A stretch of DNA of 64,000 bases from Macrostomum hystrix (lineage: Eukaryota; Animalia; Platyhelminthes). The notes beneath the pieces were generated by a model. It was not told the origin of the DNA, did no database searches, and worked only from the letters and a program-made list of their open reading frames with translations. The position numbers and the translations under genes were made by a program. The first letter of the stretch is position 1, and each line of letters opens with the position of its first letter. The stretch is taken from the NCBI GenBank assembly GCA_950097015.1, contig CATNEN010000001.1, positions 16,368,001-16,432,000 on the forward strand, given 5' to 3'. Positions 1 to 12,722 of this stretch are shown piece by piece.

Positions 1-1223
1 GTAAAATCATATTGGAGCTTAAACAACTTCCTAAATTTTATAAAGAATGTAAGACTACATTGTGTGTACAAAAAATATAAATTAAATTATATATAATTTC
101 TATCTATATTTATATTGTATAGAAAGAAACAATATAAATACAATATATATAAATTGTCAATAGACAAGTCTACTAATGTTATATGCAAACTTATAAGACA
201 TTACAATAATCATATATGAAGGGATGCAGCACAATTATCACATATATAGGCCTGAATATATAAATAAATATGTACCTTAACAGTATAGTAGAGATAGGGA
301 TCTGACCATGGCTAAAATAGGGACACAAGAGACTATACTAATTAGTCTAGCAAAGCATAATAAATATAGATATATAGATAACATAATTAAATAATAATAA
401 CTAATCAAGGAGCAATAGTACTGAAGGTATCATATGGCTATGGCGATAGGAAAATACAACAAAATAATAGTCAAAAGAAAAACCCTTGAAAGAGAATATT
501 TAAGTCTAGGTGGCATCTTAGAAATTAGACTTTTGAATGGGCTTAGAATTGGCATAATGCTGGGATTTGCTAAGGTAGCAAGAATAGTATTCTATAATTG
601 TTATAGAATATATAATTGTTAGGCCTATGTGCCACAAAGTCAGAGTTGCGCAGTGCACCGAAAATATATTGCGATGAATTGCAGCGAGTATGGCCCGAAA
701 CTTATTATGGTCTTGAAAATATAAACAATATTCCAGAGCACAAAACTCTAAGAATGCAAATAATGAAATTAGTTCCGCTGTAGAAAACACAAGAGAAAGA
801 CGCAATAACAGACGACAGTCTAGGGATAAAGAAATCACGGCACGAGCAATTTTGAAAAATCAGTTCAAAACATTATAAAATTAAAACATAAAACAAATTC
901 TAGGGGATTCAAGTGAAATTGATAAATATATTTGTAAATATTTCTTACATCGTGAGATTTAGACATTAAATAGATATTTTAATACTTGCTAAAAAATTGA
1001 CACACGTCTAATGAAGCAGCGACGTTTTACTGTTGTGAAAACAACTCCAATTCAACGTTGTGCAATAACAACGCTTTCTCAACGGTGACAAACATATGCA
1101 GTGTATTGCATAAATGAATAAAGGAATCGCATAATTTTCATTTCTATGCATGTTTCAATGCACTCTGCATTGATCTCTCCTCCCAACGGTTTTCTGACCA
1201 GCTTCCGTTGGAACTCCGTTGGA

Positions 1224-3362
1224 TCAACGACGCCTTTCCCACTGGGCGTGTTTCATCACTTCCTTCGCAGCCGATTCAACTAAATTCTCCTTTGTGTTGA
1301 TGCTGCGCAACGCTGCTCCCCGCACGATAGTCCACAAGACGGTGCCTCGGAAAGCTGCTTTCTTCCGCCGCCCATTGAAACTAAAAGTTGCCATGGCAGA
1401 CGGAGCCAGCAGTCTGCGCAAAACCCGGCGCACGACACCCTGAACACTGCTGCCACCGACACAGGTCAGCTGTCGCTCCTGAAATACAGTTGAAGCAGTT
1501 TTGCAGTTTGGCAACAAAAAGCGAGAAATGACAAAGCGCGTAAAATCGCTGAGTTTTACAGGCTGATTTGATTTAGCATGAAATGCAAAGCTTAAAAGTA
1601 AAAATCAAATTAACTTACAAGCGCTTCTGCATCAGCAGGATTGGAGTTCAGATGCTCGACGAGCTGCCCCAGATCATCCAGAGCGCATGGTAGATCAACA
1701 GGCAGACTAGCAGCAGGCGCGTTCTTTTGCGCTGCCATTGCAGACACTGTGCGCTCAATGCGTTCCGCGTACTGCCGGAGGGAGGCCAGCTCCCTTAAAA
1801 GAATCCTTTCGAACGCTGCAAAGACGAAATTTATTGACTGCCAGATCACAATGCTCCGTAAATTTTACGCAAAAATGGCTGCACAGTTCGAGACCTTTAA
1901 ACCAGGACACCCTGGATTAGGATACCGCAGCTTTAAAATTTCACAGTTTTTTGGTCATTTTGACTACTCACTTGAGCCAGTTGCAGAATCTCGCACAACC
2001 GAACCTGCCCCACTTGTGGCTGCCTGAACTGGAGAAGCGTGACTTGGCTCGTCAGCAGCAGCTGCAGTTGGCGTCTGCTGATGTGAATCATCCTGTCGCA
2101 GCTGGGATGACGTAAACAACGTGTTGTACCTGTGGTAGCGTGGCACACACAATTGGTAAAAATAACCAAGACAGGAACTAGATTCCGAGAGAGAGAGTAT
2201 CCGGCCTCACACTCAGATGCTTCCTAGCAGAGGAACAATCCGGGAGTCAGGCTTAGACAGCTAAGTTCTCCCGTGACCTCTTCTACTTTAGTCCACGTCC
2301 TAGCTAAACTCTCAGATCTTATGCTTGATCGGGTGACACACCAAGCTTCTAAATGCAGTGTGTGACCTAGACCAACAAGAATTGTCTAAGACCTTAGAGC
2401 CAAAAGAATGGACACAGAATGTAAGCACAAACGGTTCCGAGCGGCATGAAGACTGGAGACAAGAAACGTGCCATATTCATACAGAAGTTGTGCTACCACG
2501 GCACTAACACGATCTCAAGGATTCGTCGGACTGTGCTCTACTTATAGTAGGAGCATTTGAGCGTTGTAATGCCAGTCTTCTTCCGAACTTAAGCGATTGC
2601 ACCATGGTGTGCAATGTGACTCAGTGCGCAGACAGAGCTGGAACAAGAGAACGAGAGAGGAGGGGGGTGGCGAGCGGAAGTGACAGTGCACGGGAAACAC
2701 TAACTACCAACCAACCCTAGCCCTCCCACAGACCTAGAACAGCCTGACTCACAGATTGCCTGGAGGCTGCTCAGCAGTCTACAGCACATCAAACGGAACT
2801 GTACGGCAGACCGGCATTGTTCCTGATGGCCGAGGTGTGTCGCCTAATTCGGCTGTAGAAAGAGAAGTTTTGCAGATGAGTGCGTGCTGTATGTACTGTG
2901 ATAAATGCGAGTCAAACCTGACATTGCTCATACTTACGCAATCGCGGAAATGGTGGCGGCAGATCGTCGTCGCTGCTGCTTGAATCCGAGTCCAGTATAT
3001 TGGCTGTCCTCTTTGCCTTCGTACTCAGCTGATTTCTGGCGGTCTCCTGTGGTTCGTCAATAAATCTGGCAGGTGCAGCGCGCTTTCTGCTTGTCGCTGC
3101 CTCCGCATCAGTCGATAATTCATTGGCGCCGCCTGAAGCACGAGCGAGTCGGCATCGAGCTGTGCACTCGTCCGTTGTCGTCGACAAAATCTCGCAGTTG
3201 TGCAGCTCCCAGTCATCATTTGGGGTTAAATGCTTCGATCTGAATTTTGTTACCTTTGTCATGCTTGTCGGCGGCCAACGGCAGCGCGTCCGGCCCACAA
3301 GCCAAACCTCGCTGATGTACTCGACGGAACCGTCCGCAAATTTGACAACGCAAAAGCTGGCC
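1224..3362 (-). pseudogene. Spliced DUF4806/BEN-like transposon accessory gene, interrupted by a probable solo LTR
   Basis: An N-terminal exon (about 3360-2918) reads FCVVKFADGSVEYISEVWL...CRWPP...PNDDWELH. The last exon (1478-1224) reads LTCVGGSSVQGVVRRVLRRLL...FSFNGRRKKAAF, typical of DUF4806 proteins carried by animal CACTA-type elements. GT-AG sites lie at 1972, 1815-1619 and 1478. A coding exon is split by the 2131-2730 insertion. The start codon was not located. Confidence 0.6.
2131..2730. mobile_element. Probable solo LTR (~600 bp)
   Basis: Begins TGTGGTAG and ends CTCCCACA (TG...CA, 7/8 inverted match). Flanks gtacc / g-acc look like an imperfect TSD. Removing it restores a continuous minus-strand frame (...ESGCSR|YNTLF...). 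Confidence 0.55.
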
Positions 3363-4832
3363 TGCAACAAAATTAAAGCAGGAATCTGAAGAAACATGGG
3401 AGTGAGGACAATCTTGTCGGCGACAGGCAAACCGTAAAACTTTCTCTTCACCTCTGTAATTCTTAATGTGTAGAGGTCAGCAACAAAGCTGAACATTAGG
3501 ACATAATGGTAACATACAGTATAATCAAATTTAGCCAATGAGGTGTTGAAAGCACTAAGAACACTGAGCTTTAAAAAAGATATTTGAATATAAAAGACAA
3601 CTTGAAACACTTGAGACAACTTAAGATTATTCGAAATCTAAATAGTATTAACATCTTGTTTTTTGCTTTGTAATATAACTTAATGAATACATATGTACCC
3701 AGACAGCCATTCTGTTTCTTTATATTGACTTAATTGCAACTTAAACAGTGACTTAGGCCTAATACAATACTAGCATTATGCATCATAAATTATTGTTCTA
3801 TAGAAAATCTAATATAAGCAGTGATTGCAAAATGCTAGGGAGTTTTTCCTTGTTATATTTCATGAAGCTTTAGAATATTCTGAAACAGTTTAAACAAGTG
3901 ACTGTTTTGTGACAAAACATTATGAATAATGCAATAGTTGTTTTTAATATCCAATATACTGATAGCTCCATGTTGTCCATATTGAACTTTTCCTCCAGTT
4001 TATAAAATTAGGTATCTACAATAAAAAAACAAGACAGTTTATGTGCATAACCTTTTAAATGTGCATTTTAAAGCAATGTGTTTGTCCCAATATGTCACAC
4101 ATTTTACGATTGCTAATATATATCACAACAAACATTTATATATTATGCTTTAAAAAAATAATGATATAAGATGATGACACTGAATCCTAAATGCAGGGCA
4201 GGCTTGCACTTTTGTGAATTGCTTTCATTCAAATTTATTTGGTTTTGTGTACAATAGGCTATATTATTTGATGCAACTAACAATGTTATGCCATAAGTGC
4301 TGATACGAATATTGACTTCAAGCTACAAAGATGTGGCCAAAAGAGCAAAAATTCTATCATAAACATGATATGCGAAGACAAAAAAGTAAGCTAGGTCACT
4401 TGATAAATTATACCCTTATTATAAATTATAGGCCTACTGAATCAGAATGCTAATGCTAATTAAACTTTAATTCACCTCCAAGCAGAAAAGATTGCACTTG
4501 CACTTTAAGTTATTGCGCTGGTCAAACATGTGAAAATAGTTTCATATAGTACTAAAGGAAATATTCCCAGTGTGTCGTTGCATGTTCCCATTGCTTATAA
4601 AATTTTGATTGCAGTTCCAGAAAAATATGCTGAATTAATAGCGCACAAATGCAGATTCAAAGCAATCAGCAATCGTTTAAAGCATCAAAAACTCAAACGA
4701 AACTATACTGTTTTCAGTTGTTTGCTTTGAAATCTGCTGCAGAGCTGCAGAGTGGTAACGCTTTTGGATTCGAATTGAGTTGACAGAGACTCTGTCACCC
4801 GTGTTGACAGAGATAGGGTCTAAGAAACGGTA

Positions 4833-5230
4833 ATCGAACATGCGCGACGGTTGCCTAACGGGCAAATCAGAACATGTTCTTTGTTCCGAGAACATGTTCT
4901 TTTTTATTTATAAGGCTTCGTAATGTAAAAAATATAAAATAAAAAAAAAATAAAAAATCTCAAAAAAAGTTGAGAGAAAACTATATTGCTGGCTAATATG
5001 TACATTAAGTGCTGGTGAACTAGGATATTACTAGACATAGTATGGCCGTTTAACTCTGTCTTGTTTGTTGACCTCATGCCAAGGAAGGCATAGTTTTTTC
5101 TTCATTATTTTTTCTTCACCTAGCGGTATTTAATATACATTAAGTAGCCTTATTAATTTTAAAGAACATGTTCTCGGAACAAAGAACATGTTCGGAGTTG
5201 CCTATTAGGCGACCGTCGCGTATGTTCGAT
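4833..5230. mobile_element. MITE-like element with ~70-bp terminal inverted repeats
   Basis: 4833-4903 is the reverse complement of 5161-5230 with about 6 mismatches. The interior is AT-rich and non-coding. Both sides are flanked by gta. Confidence 0.7.
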
Positions 5231-5754
5231 GTAGCCTAAGAATCGTCAACACGGCTGAATTGAGAGACGTGGAGCAGTTCGTTTTAACTAACGCATGCCA
5301 CGAAAGAAATAACTCCTATTAATAATTCACTCAAGTAAATGAATCGTGAAACCACTTATCATTTGCTAAATCTAACACGTATTGTAACATAGTGAATTAT
5401 ATTACGTTCCTCTGGAAAAGTCATTTGTAAAATACTTTTAGGACTTAGCACCCGCAAACAATTAAAGGTGTCATAAATTAACTAGCACAGCCTAGGTTTG
5501 GGGCTATATTCGGATCATCTAAGTTTGTTGCTACACATTTAATAATACCAACCGTTTTAATTACACTAAAAATTTATGTTCATGCACAAAATTAGTAAAA
5601 CTGCGATGCATTTTTACCGTTTTACGTGGCAATGCCAATTTCAATCGCCATCTAAGAAATCTAGAGGCAATACGTATTGTAGATGGCATACACTGTCTAA
5701 TTAAAGGTATAACAGGTTGATGTAGTCAAATTCCAATGTTTTTTGATGCTTTGA

Positions 5755-5871
5755 TTTCCGACGTTTTCGCGACGTTTTCGCGACGTCAAAGTCTTACGAA
5801 AAAAGGACGCGACTTTCGCGACCTACTGCGACGCTTACGCGACGTTGCCGCGACGAAGTGTGCTACTAGGG
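5755..5871 (-). mobile_element. Terminus of an EnSpm/CACTA-type (CMC) DNA transposon with subterminal repeats
   Basis: The minus strand starts CCCTAGTAGCACAC at 5871, followed by about 8 short (c/g)CGACG/CGCGAC repeats. This resembles animal EnSpm termini and points toward the DUF4806-like gene. The other end was not found. Confidence 0.55.
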
Positions 5872-6649
5872 AATATTGAAAAAAAAACTGAATTGAAAGC
5901 AGTAATTGTAACACAGTTGATGGGATAAGTGCAATGATCAATGATTCAATGCTATGCAACACGAAAAATTATGGGCAATTTCAATATTTGAAAAATGCAA
6001 GTTAGAATAACAAATATGCTATTTACGACAAAAACCGGCATCGACCTGATGTCCAAGGTGAACTATCGAGCTTATTAGCTCATACCGATGGTTGTACGCT
6101 CGTAGTACTCGATATCGTAATGCAAGTCAAAACTTGTTCTGTTCTTGATTAATTCATTTTGGCCTTGGTCTAGCCTATGCACGGGACAGGTGGCGCATTT
6201 TGAGGCCATCTGTTATGGATGCATCGGCCGGCACGACAACTTGAGTACGGGACGTCGGCAACCTCTGATGGATGCAGCGCCGATCTTACAAGCTGATTAA
6301 GCTGTTGACCGTCAGCTGGCTGCACTACGAGAAAATACTCAGTTAAGCCTTTTGGCGTAGCAAGTGCACCATAGTGCGAAGTCGCAAAATTTTTTACTTT
6401 TAGAGACTACTTAAAAAGGAAAAGCGGGAAATCAGTTGTAATCAGTGCGAAAAACCTCTAGTCAGGACTGGAACTGAACACATGGCTTCAGTGTTAGAGG
6501 CACAAAGAACTCGACGCAGTCGTGGAATTCGTTCACGTCCAGTTGACCTTCGACGCAGCATTCATTTAGAGCTAGATTAAACGATGATTCGCTGAAACCT
6601 AGTGCGTTCTGATAAAGCTGCAGAAACGGTGTTAATACTGGAATTTTAC

Positions 6650-7600
6650 CAGCGTAGTCCGATCCCGACGTATTCCGATTTTTGTCTGAACTGATGAAAT
6701 ATGTGAGCGCGATAGCTGCGACACGCTAGAGCAAGTAGCGACACTCGACGAAGGAAACAACGTTGTGTCGACCAGCTATATTTGTGACGATAAAGTTTCC
6801 AAGAGTCTCATTAAAAGTCACTTTTGTTTGCCTCTTCTAGCATCCGAATGCGGCTCGTGTTATCAATACTATCATCTACTATCATCATCTCGTAGACAAG
6901 TCCGAATCGGAAATCCAGTTCTGGCTGAAGAGGAGTCTGGAACAGGTGCATCTTCCATAGTTAAAGGCGTGCTATTAGGGAGCGGCTGAGCTCTGCCTGT
7001 CGAACTTATCTGTTCGATAGAGTCCTGCATGGCATCCGTGTATGAAGTTAGATGAGCAACATTCACGTCGATTGAGGATACCACTGAAACTTGACGAGCG
7101 GAATGCAGGCTTACTGTCGAACCTCTCTGTAAGTGGGCAATAATCTACTCAATCGAAATTGTTAGTGATAGTGTAACACTGTCTGGCGTTAGCCTTAAAT
7201 AGTAATATTCTTTATTAAGAACGAAATTCCCAGTCAACAGAGACCGCGCAAAATCTCATTCTTGTAGTACACAAAAATTCTACATAGATGGATGAGGCAG
7301 TCGTCAAGTGCCACTTGCTTGAAATTTTGCATCCGTTGTAGGACTTCATTTAAGGACTCTGGCTGATTTTGCGTGACTCCGGTAATTGGACAATAGAATG
7401 ATCCAAGCAGCCACTTGCCAAAAAACTTCTGGATCAAAGGGTGCACATACTTCTCAAAGTACTTAGCAAAACCAGCATGCCAGTTTTTCTTGACTTCTTC
7501 GTACTGCTCTATGTACTCCTCGTTGTCTGACTTTAGCAGAGAAAGTAGGTTTGACGACAGGATATGCTGCTCATACAGTTCCACCGTGCTTCCGTACCCA
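6650..7600 (-). pseudogene. Decayed Mutator/MULE-like transposase fragment with degenerate SWIM finger
   Basis: ORF 7234-7584 has F..YF...., GVTQNQPESLNEVL and YYKNEILRGL. Downstream (~6765-6685) TTLFP...TCSS...SHISSV resembles an eroded SWIM motif. Frames are broken. Confidence 0.5.
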
Positions 7601-7884
7601 AAATCTGACGTCTCTCCTCAGATGGTTCCAGCAGCCAAAAAACTTAATGTTAGGTAAGACTGACTTCATTGCCGTCCTCAGTGCAACTTCGCCATCCATG
7701 ACGCAGGCAAGATCAACTGTTAATAATTCAAGGAGGCTTTAGCTTCCTCCCAAAGTTGCCTGTCGAGCTTCATGTTTACGGTCATGAACGAGAAACAACA
7801 CGGGGCAAATTGGGTTCCCATGAAACAGGGAGACGCATGACAAGTGGAGAAGCAAGAGCATCACGGTGTAAATGTCATCGTCCG

Positions 7885-8430
7885 CCGGACGTCTTTCGGA
7901 CCCCTACGGTCCCATTTTGGCCTTCGTCAGCTCAGCTAAAAAAATCGAGTTAGCTGCTGAAAGCGTCTTAAGAGGTTTTGATTTCAGTTATAAATGCATT
8001 TAAAATATGAAAAAATGTGTTCTTCGTACAGTCCGATTTTAGTCCGAAAAAGGCCGACGCGTCGGCCGGCTCCGAAATGGTCCGATTTGAGTCCGAAAAA
8101 GGCCGACGAGAAGGACGATGTTCCAAAAAAATTACTCGTGAGTTAGCTGCTGAAAACGTCTTAAGAGGCCTTGATTTCAGTTATAAATGCATTTAAAAGA
8201 TGAAAAAATGTGTACTTCCAACAGTCCGATTTCAGTCCGCAAAAGGCCGACGCGTCCGCGGTCCGTTTTGAGTCCTCAATAGGGCGACGAGGAGGACGAT
8301 GTTCCATAAAAAAATTACTTGAGTTAGTTGCTGAAAACGCCTTAAGACGCTTTATTTTCAGCTACTTATGCATTTAAAAGATGAAAAATGGTGTAATTAT
8401 AACAGTCCGATTCCAGTCCGCAAAGGTCCT
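7885..8430. repeat. ~180-190-bp tandem repeat (about 2.7 units) with internal gtccgattt(g/c/t)agtccg motifs
   Basis: gagttag(c/t)tgctgaaa recurs at 7947, 8140 and 8321. The sub-motif also appears at ~8853. It may be the subterminal repeat of the adjacent MULE. Confidence 0.8.
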
Positions 8431-11277
8431 TTTTTGATCTACTGTACAGAACCTAACATGCTTGAAATACTACTCGTATTTAAACGTTAGTAGTGCAGCA
8501 AGTCAAATGTTCGGTTTGTATAATCGAATATTTAGTTTTGAGATATAACTTATTTACAATACATATCCTTACTGTTTTAATGATCAGTGAGAGCTGAAAA
8601 AAAATTTGTGTGCACATTCAGTGAGACAATTTACGAGTATATAGTGGAATCATCAAAATATTCTGAGCGTGTGTACAATTCGATCTTCTGGTCGGCCATG
8701 CATATTCCGGCCGTCTGCAGTAAACCGCTCAATTGCCGTATAAAATGATTGATACTGCCGCAACTGCTTTAACTGCATTACATCTCGAATAGCTATGTAT
8801 TTAGGATTATATAGAATAGGTAGAAATCGCATCGTTGTGATGGTCCGTTTTCCGTCCGATTTGAGTCCGTAAAAAGGCGACGTGAATATAAAATTTAACA
8901 ACACATGCATTTTGACCGCAGGCAATAAAAAGTTTTGTCTCAGAAGAAGCCAGTTACACTAAACTTAATAAGAAGTCAGAATCAAAAGTAATAATTTAAT
9001 AATTTAATATTTAATAATTTTAAATAATTTAATAATTTAATTTAATTCAATAATTTAAGAAGATATTCTGAATTTTAGGTTCATGAAGGAACGGACCTTA
9101 GCAACCACGGGACAGAAAGTTAAATTATTTTAAACTACTCGCTCGTATCAAATATTTTGTCGCCATTGTAAGTAGCAAGCCATTACTGGTATTGTTCTAT
9201 TGTTTCTACTGTTAGTGAAGTCTTAAACGTCTTTGAAACTCTTGTATCCATGCCAATAATCTGGCATCCGCGTGTGGCCTAACAAAATACAAGGACTCCA
9301 TCACTCTCACTCTGATGACGTCTGATGACGACCAAATCAGGTTTACCTCCATTCCGATTGGACAACCGGGTCCAGACTGTCTAATTGGAGGTAACTGGCT
9401 AAAACTAAACAATAAAACGGCCATAGAGGTCGAACTGCCAACTCAGCACAACTATCTGAGATCTTCTACAAGCACGAAAAAATGGAACAACCGGTCCGTC
9501 GCATTGTAAAGGATAAAATCATCCACCTCGTTCTTTACCGAGGACCAGGAAGCCGGAAGCCCGTCTACCCGAGCCCGAATACTTACTGGAAGTACATTGT
9601 CAAGGGCCTAAAGTTTGGTCCTATTTCAAGGAGGCAGGCCATTCAAATGTCGCCTGTTATGCTCGCCTTTTGGAAGTGTTCCTTTCAAGAGAGGCGACAA
9701 AACGCCTTCCAGTGAATTGACCGATTGTCAAAGACTTAACAGTAGAAGTAATCGCTTGTTACTTACAATGATTTTTTATTGTATTCTTTTCTATTCGTAT
9801 CGCTTCCATGCTTCTAATGTTTTTGTATTTTTACTTTTATTTGAACACTGTATGTGCTGAGCACATTGTGCTAAAAGAACGGAAATAATAATGCTAATCG
9901 TTAATTGCTTTTCATAATAAAATGTCTATATGTAATTAGTCATTGTATTTTACAGGCTAATAAAATACAGTCGCAAACGAAAATAAACCATCATGTGTGT
10001 ACTAATGTACTTGTGCAATTGTCTAGTAGTCACTTTTCAGTTTTACTTTTTTAATTAATTGCAAATAGGATTGGATTTTCTACAAAGGCAAATAAATTGT
10101 CGAAATTCTTCTAGCTGTCAGTATCAATTGTCGATAGATAAGTTGATAACTAAATTGTTCAGTACACTGAGACGAAAATCACGAAATCACGAAAACACAT
10201 ATTTAATAAAAAGCAAATCATCAATCAAACATTATCAGAAAAACTTACCTATCGTCATGTATGGAAGATTTCAAGTTAAAAAACTGCAAAGCAAACGGTA
10301 CAACGATACTCAACTCAATGTACAGTATGTTCACATGATTTTAAAAGTCCAGGTAAAGAGAATATGCAGTTTATGTCCTACTATGCTATCTTAACTCCCA
10401 GCTGAGAAAAACCTATTGCTAATAGCATAGCTATGGGGATGCCTATTTGAGCTCCAGGGGAAGCTAAATGTGATATCTGACACGAGTTCGTATTTGGGAA
10501 GGAAGAACCGGTTATAAGTCTATTTTGTTATTTTAGCATTTCAAATAATCAGATCATCTCAAGGGTGAATAAGCAGGGCAATACGTGTAGCTTTTAAAGA
10601 AGGGGCAAGCATCACTGGCAGAACGAAGTGAAGATAGGGCGGGTTTGTACCATAGACTAAACTTCAATGCGTGTCACTAAATGTTGCTCAAACGCATGCA
10701 AAACACCGATGCATAAAAATTCAAATGAGAATTTGTAAGATTTGAAATCTTAAGACAAAGACAGCAGTTTGTGTGCCGTATTATGCCATTTGTGCAACAT
10801 ACTATGAAAAACTTACTACCTATTGCAAAGCTATGTATAGAAGCTCTAGGTGAGGATGAGGGTTGCTGACAGTGACAGTGAGGATCAGTGACAATAAAAT
10901 CAGTAGTGAGGTGGGGGTTGAGCAGATGCTTCTGCAGAGTTTGCCACCAGCAAGACCAGAAACCCTGCACAGTTTGATCAAATGGATCTATTATCAGGTT
11001 TCAGTCTTTCTGCTTGCTGGCTTCAACTCCGCATCGTGGGAGACATACATGGGGCTAAGCAATGCACTCAGCACACTCAGCAGCTGGGAACAGCTGGGGT
11101 TTTTGCTGGGGTCAGCAAGGGTTTTTGGTGCCACTGTAACAGGATTTGAACTGATATGCCTTCCTTGGGCCCTTGGTGTTAAACACCATTCACATATCAG
11201 GTGGCTCTACTTGTGCTGGCTTCACTTCAGGAACCTTAGAAGTATGCAAAAAGAATTCATACCGCTAAATGTGCTCC

Positions 11278-12722
11278 TCAACCATCTGTGGACATCTGTG
11301 ACGGGTCAGTGATTTGTGTCGACATTGGTAGGCCCGACTGAGTGAAGACTGCTGCGCGCCAGTCTCGAATGAAAATTATCTGCGGAAAAGGTAATTTGAT
11401 GAATTTTAATCATTTAACTTCAGACTGTATAGTTTAGAGGTATACTTATTCATACTTATTCAGGCAAACTTATTCGCTAGCGGGCCAAAGAGAGAATCTA
11501 AAAAAACAATTTCTACACATTGACTGTAGAAATAGAAATAGGGGTGATGTGAAACAGACAGAGAAGTTGAGACAGGAACAGATGAGACCGGGGAGAGCTG
11601 AAAGGATATACTGTAGGTGTCGGAAGGGGCAACATGCTCCTTTTCAATCTTCAACATAAATTAAGTTGACGGAGAATTGAGAGCCGCATCTGGTCCGCGG
11701 GCGGAGTTTGACTCAAAGCTCATAGCTCATAGGAAAGAAAAAGGCATACCTCTTTGCCTCGACAACGCACTCGTATTTTATTTATGCTCTCGTAGCCCGC
11801 AAACATGCGGTCGGAGCACTGCAACACAATTTCATCATGTGCAGCTTGGCTCGCATGCTCAGTTGCTTGGGCATGGACACGGACCGACTCGAAGCATTGC
11901 TGGCTGGACAGCGCCTCCTCGAACCATTCCGTCAGATCTGAGTCGTTGGCATGGAGGTGGCTAACATCTGCTTTAGAGCAGTTCAGCGCAACCGCTTGGC
12001 CATACGCTTGGACCTGGGCCCCTTGAATTTCCAAGGTGTCGCCTACGGCCCAGTTGTTCACCTGAGCCGAGCTGTTTGCCCAGAATGTGCAGGATACGGA
12101 GGACGCGGAGTCGTCGACCAGCGTTACTTTGGCCAAGTTGACGGGAGGCCCTCTTCTTCTCTGGACCTCCTTTGGCGGTTCAGTGCTCTCTATCACACCT
12201 CGGATGTCAACTTTCCTGTTTGGGCAGGGCGAAAGTGCACTATTAAGCAGACTGCGTCAGTAATAAAAGACTTGATATATTCTAAAACACTTACTTCTGC
12301 ATGGCAACAGCAGACAGGTCACCAATTTTTTTGTAGACCGCAGGTGGCCGATCCACGCTCTCTTGGGTCGCCATGAGGGTCGCATTCTTGTCTACTGACA
12401 GAGTCATCTCGAACTCGTTGTCAGCAGAATTGTAGGCCGGATTCGCGGACTTCACCCAACCACCAGACACTCGTACAGCGGTTGCGTCTTGGCACAGGTC
12501 GTGGTGATTTTTCAAGTCGCGACCGAAAACACTCACGCGAATTTCCTTCTGGTCATCCGCCAAAACGAAGGAAAACACCTGGCCGTTTCCTTTGGCGTTG
12601 GTGTAGTCCTTGAGCTCCGTCACTCGGGACACCAGGCCGATTACAGCACCGTCCATCAGGCCGGGCACGAGAGCCGCGATGCTCAGCTTGCTCTTCTTCG
12701 GAGTTGTGCTGCTGGTTGCCAT
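11278..12722 (-). CDS. Helitron-borne RPA70-like ssDNA-binding protein (DBD-A + DBD-B OB folds), subfamily 1; exons 12722-12295, 12215-11750, 11379-11278
   Basis: GNGQVFSFVLADDQKEIRVSVFG, VKSANPAYNSADNEFEMT, VDIRGVI and VTLVDDS..VSCTFW match RPA1 DBD-A/B. Three exons splice in frame at GT-AG sites. Confidence 0.88.

Noticed and set aside
1-900. Short ORFs at 434-838
   Set aside because: AT-rich, no recognisable motif, no supporting splice structure.
10021-10120. ctag sites as the 3' end of Helitron unit A
   Set aside because: No GC-rich hairpin at the expected ~8-nt spacing, so the end of unit A is left undetermined.
11278-12722. Host RPA1 gene
   Set aside because: Multi-copy, lacks the N-terminal and DBD-C domains, and is embedded in Helitron units, so no gene symbol was assigned.
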